The translations under genes and the position numbers were made by a program. Positions 30,736 to 32,089 of a stretch of 32,089 nucleotides of DNA are shown here, piece after piece. Position 1 is the first letter of the stretch, and every line of letters starts with the position of its first letter. The notes beneath the pieces are model-generated. The model had not been told where the DNA came from and searched no databases. It worked only from the letters and a program-made list of their open reading frames with translations. Source of the stretch: an uncultured Gemmatimonas sp. (GTDB lineage: Bacteria; Gemmatimonadota; Gemmatimonadetes; Gemmatimonadales; Gemmatimonadaceae); contig CAZPJF010000001.1 in assembly GCA_964586095.1 (NCBI GenBank), positions 1 to 32,089 of the forward strand, in the 5' to 3' direction.

Positions 30736-32089
30736 ATGCGCAAGTCCCTGTTCTCCGTCGCCGCGCTGGCGACCCTCGCGGGCTGCACCACCGCCGCTGC
30801 CACCAGCAGCGCGCCGGCGGGTGCCCCCCCCGCGCCCACCGCGACCCCGACTCCCGCGACGCCGACCACCGGCACGCCCGGCACCCCGGGCGGGCCCGGC
30901 GGCGCGCCCCAGGGTGGCCCCCCGGGCGCCCAGGCCAATGCGCAGGGCGGCGGCCCAGGCGGCCAGGGCGGCGCGCAGGCCGGCCAGCCTCGCCCCTACC
31001 GGCAGGTGATCACCGACCGCGCCGTCACGCAGAGCGGCTTCTGGAAGGTGCACCGCGTGGGGGAGCAGCTCTACTTCGAGCTCCCGGCGTCGGCGCTCAA
31101 CAAGGAGATCCTGCTCATCTCGCGGCACGTGGAGAGCACGCTGCAGAACCCGGCGGGCTTCTTCGGCGGCGGCGCGGGGCGCGTGATCGTGCAGTGGGAG
31201 CGCAGCGGCAACCGCGTGGTGCTGCGCGCCAAGGACTTCGACCTCATGGCCGACTCGACGTCGGCGATCTGGCGGCAGGTCTCCGGCTTCCGGAAGGGGC
31301 CGGTCCTCGCCTCGCTCAACGTCGCCGCCTTCGGCCCCGACAGCGCGGCCGTGGTCGAGGTGTCGGACATCTTCATGGGGAACATCCCCGAGCTCGCGCC
31401 CATCCAGGGGATCCAGCGCAACCGCAGCTGGGTGGAACGCACCTGGGCGTTCCCGGAGAACGTGAACATCGAGGTGACGCAGTCGGGGCTCGGCGCCCCG
31501 GCGGCCGCGGGCGGGCCCGGTGGCGGCGGTGCCGCGGCAGCGGCCGCGCAGCCGCGCTCGCAGACCGTCAAGGTGATGTTCTCCATGCTCAAGCTCCCCG
31601 ACCAGCCCATGATGCCGCGCTGGGAGGATGAGCGCGTGGGGTACATCTCCAGCTCCTGGTTCGACATGTCGCGCGCCGTGCACAAGGCGGAGTCCAAGTC
31701 GTTCATCCACCGCTTCAAGCTGGTGAAGAAGGACCCGAACGCGGCGGTGTCGGACCCGGTGGAGCCGATCGTCTACTGGATCGACCCCGCGACGCCCGAC
31801 TGGCTCAAGCCGTGGATCGTGAGCGGCGTGAACAAGTGGCAGGAGGCGTTCCGGAAGGCGGGATTCTCCAACGCCATCTTCGGCCGCATCGCGCCCACGC
31901 CGGAGCAGGACCCGAACTTCTCGCTCTTCGACGCGCGCCACTCGGTGATCTACTGGCGCCCCTCGACGGTGCCGAACGCGACCGGCGGCCAGATCGTCGA
32001 CCCGCGCTCGGGGCAGATCCTCAAGGGCGAGGTCAACATGTACCACAACATCATGGAGCTGCAGAAGAACTGGTACTTCATCCAGGTCT
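30736..32089 (+). CDS. Zinc-dependent metalloprotease lipoprotein (DUF5118/DUF5117/DUF4953-type), truncated at right edge
   Basis: Signal with lipobox LAGC, G/P/Q-rich linker, PRPY..VIT...T..G..KVH......YFE.P, LP..PM.PR..DERVGY, PIVYWIDP.TP, DAR.S.I.W, DPRSGQI. The HExxH site is beyond the window. Confidence 0.85.
   Translation, partial: MRKSLFSVAALATLAGCTTAAATSSAPAGAPPAPTATPTPATPTTGTPGTPGGPGGAPQGGPPGAQANAQGGGPGGQGGAQAGQPRPYRQVITDRAVTQSGFWKVHRVGEQLYFELPASALNKEILLISRHVESTLQNPAGFFGGGAGRVIVQWERSGNRVVLRAKDFDLMADSTSAIWRQVSGFRKGPVLASLNVAAFGPDSAAVVEVSDIFMGNIPELAPIQGIQRNRSWVERTWAFPENVNIEVTQSGLGAPAAAGGPGGGGAAAAAAQPRSQTVKVMFSMLKLPDQPMMPRWEDERVGYISSSWFDMSRAVHKAESKSFIHRFKLVKKDPNAAVSDPVEPIVYWIDPATPDWLKPWIVSGVNKWQEAFRKAGFSNAIFGRIAPTPEQDPNFSLFDARHSVIYWRPSTVPNATGGQIVDPRSGQILKGEVNMYHNIMELQKNWYFIQV

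Noticed and set aside
30790-30990. G/P/Q/T-rich low-complexity stretch as a repeat element
   Set aside because: It is the flexible linker after the lipobox of the metalloprotease, with no regular DNA repeat unit.

Overview
Very GC-rich bacterial DNA; gene content and style suggest a Gemmatimonadota-like organism (inference). 1-12.4 kb (- strand): the 5' half of an extracellular contractile injection system (eCIS, Afp/PVC-like) operon with a pseudo-receiver protein, two accessory genes, three sheath genes, two tube genes, a tail-chaperone/DUF6760 pair joined by a likely -1 programmed frameshift (G GGG GAA), a DUF4255 cap and an Afp15-type AAA+ ATPase; it runs off the left edge. 12.6-15.2 kb: a CPA1 Na+/H+ antiporter and a KirBac-like channel with a non-canonical filter (TTGLD). 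15.3-23.8 kb: a putative conflict/defence island of two divergent operons, [alpha/beta-hydrolase-S8 protease, TIR, KGGVGR ParA-like ATPase-TM-pentapeptide] and [SIR2, membrane protein, amidase-PGBD], separated by a mirror-symmetric double promoter. 23.8-25.6 kb: yjbQ and a form IV RuBisCO-like protein. 25.8-28.5 kb: a four-gene signalling cassette (small PCPPxC protein, 7TM protein, HisKA_3 kinase, NarL/LuxR regulator) flanked by two similar lux-box-like sites, a candidate uncharacterised autoinducing system. 28.7 kb to end: DUF2231 protein, DAACS symporter and a truncated zinc-metalloprotease lipoprotein. No rRNA, tRNA, CRISPR array or mobile element was seen. Family assignments come from motif recognition by eye, not database searches.
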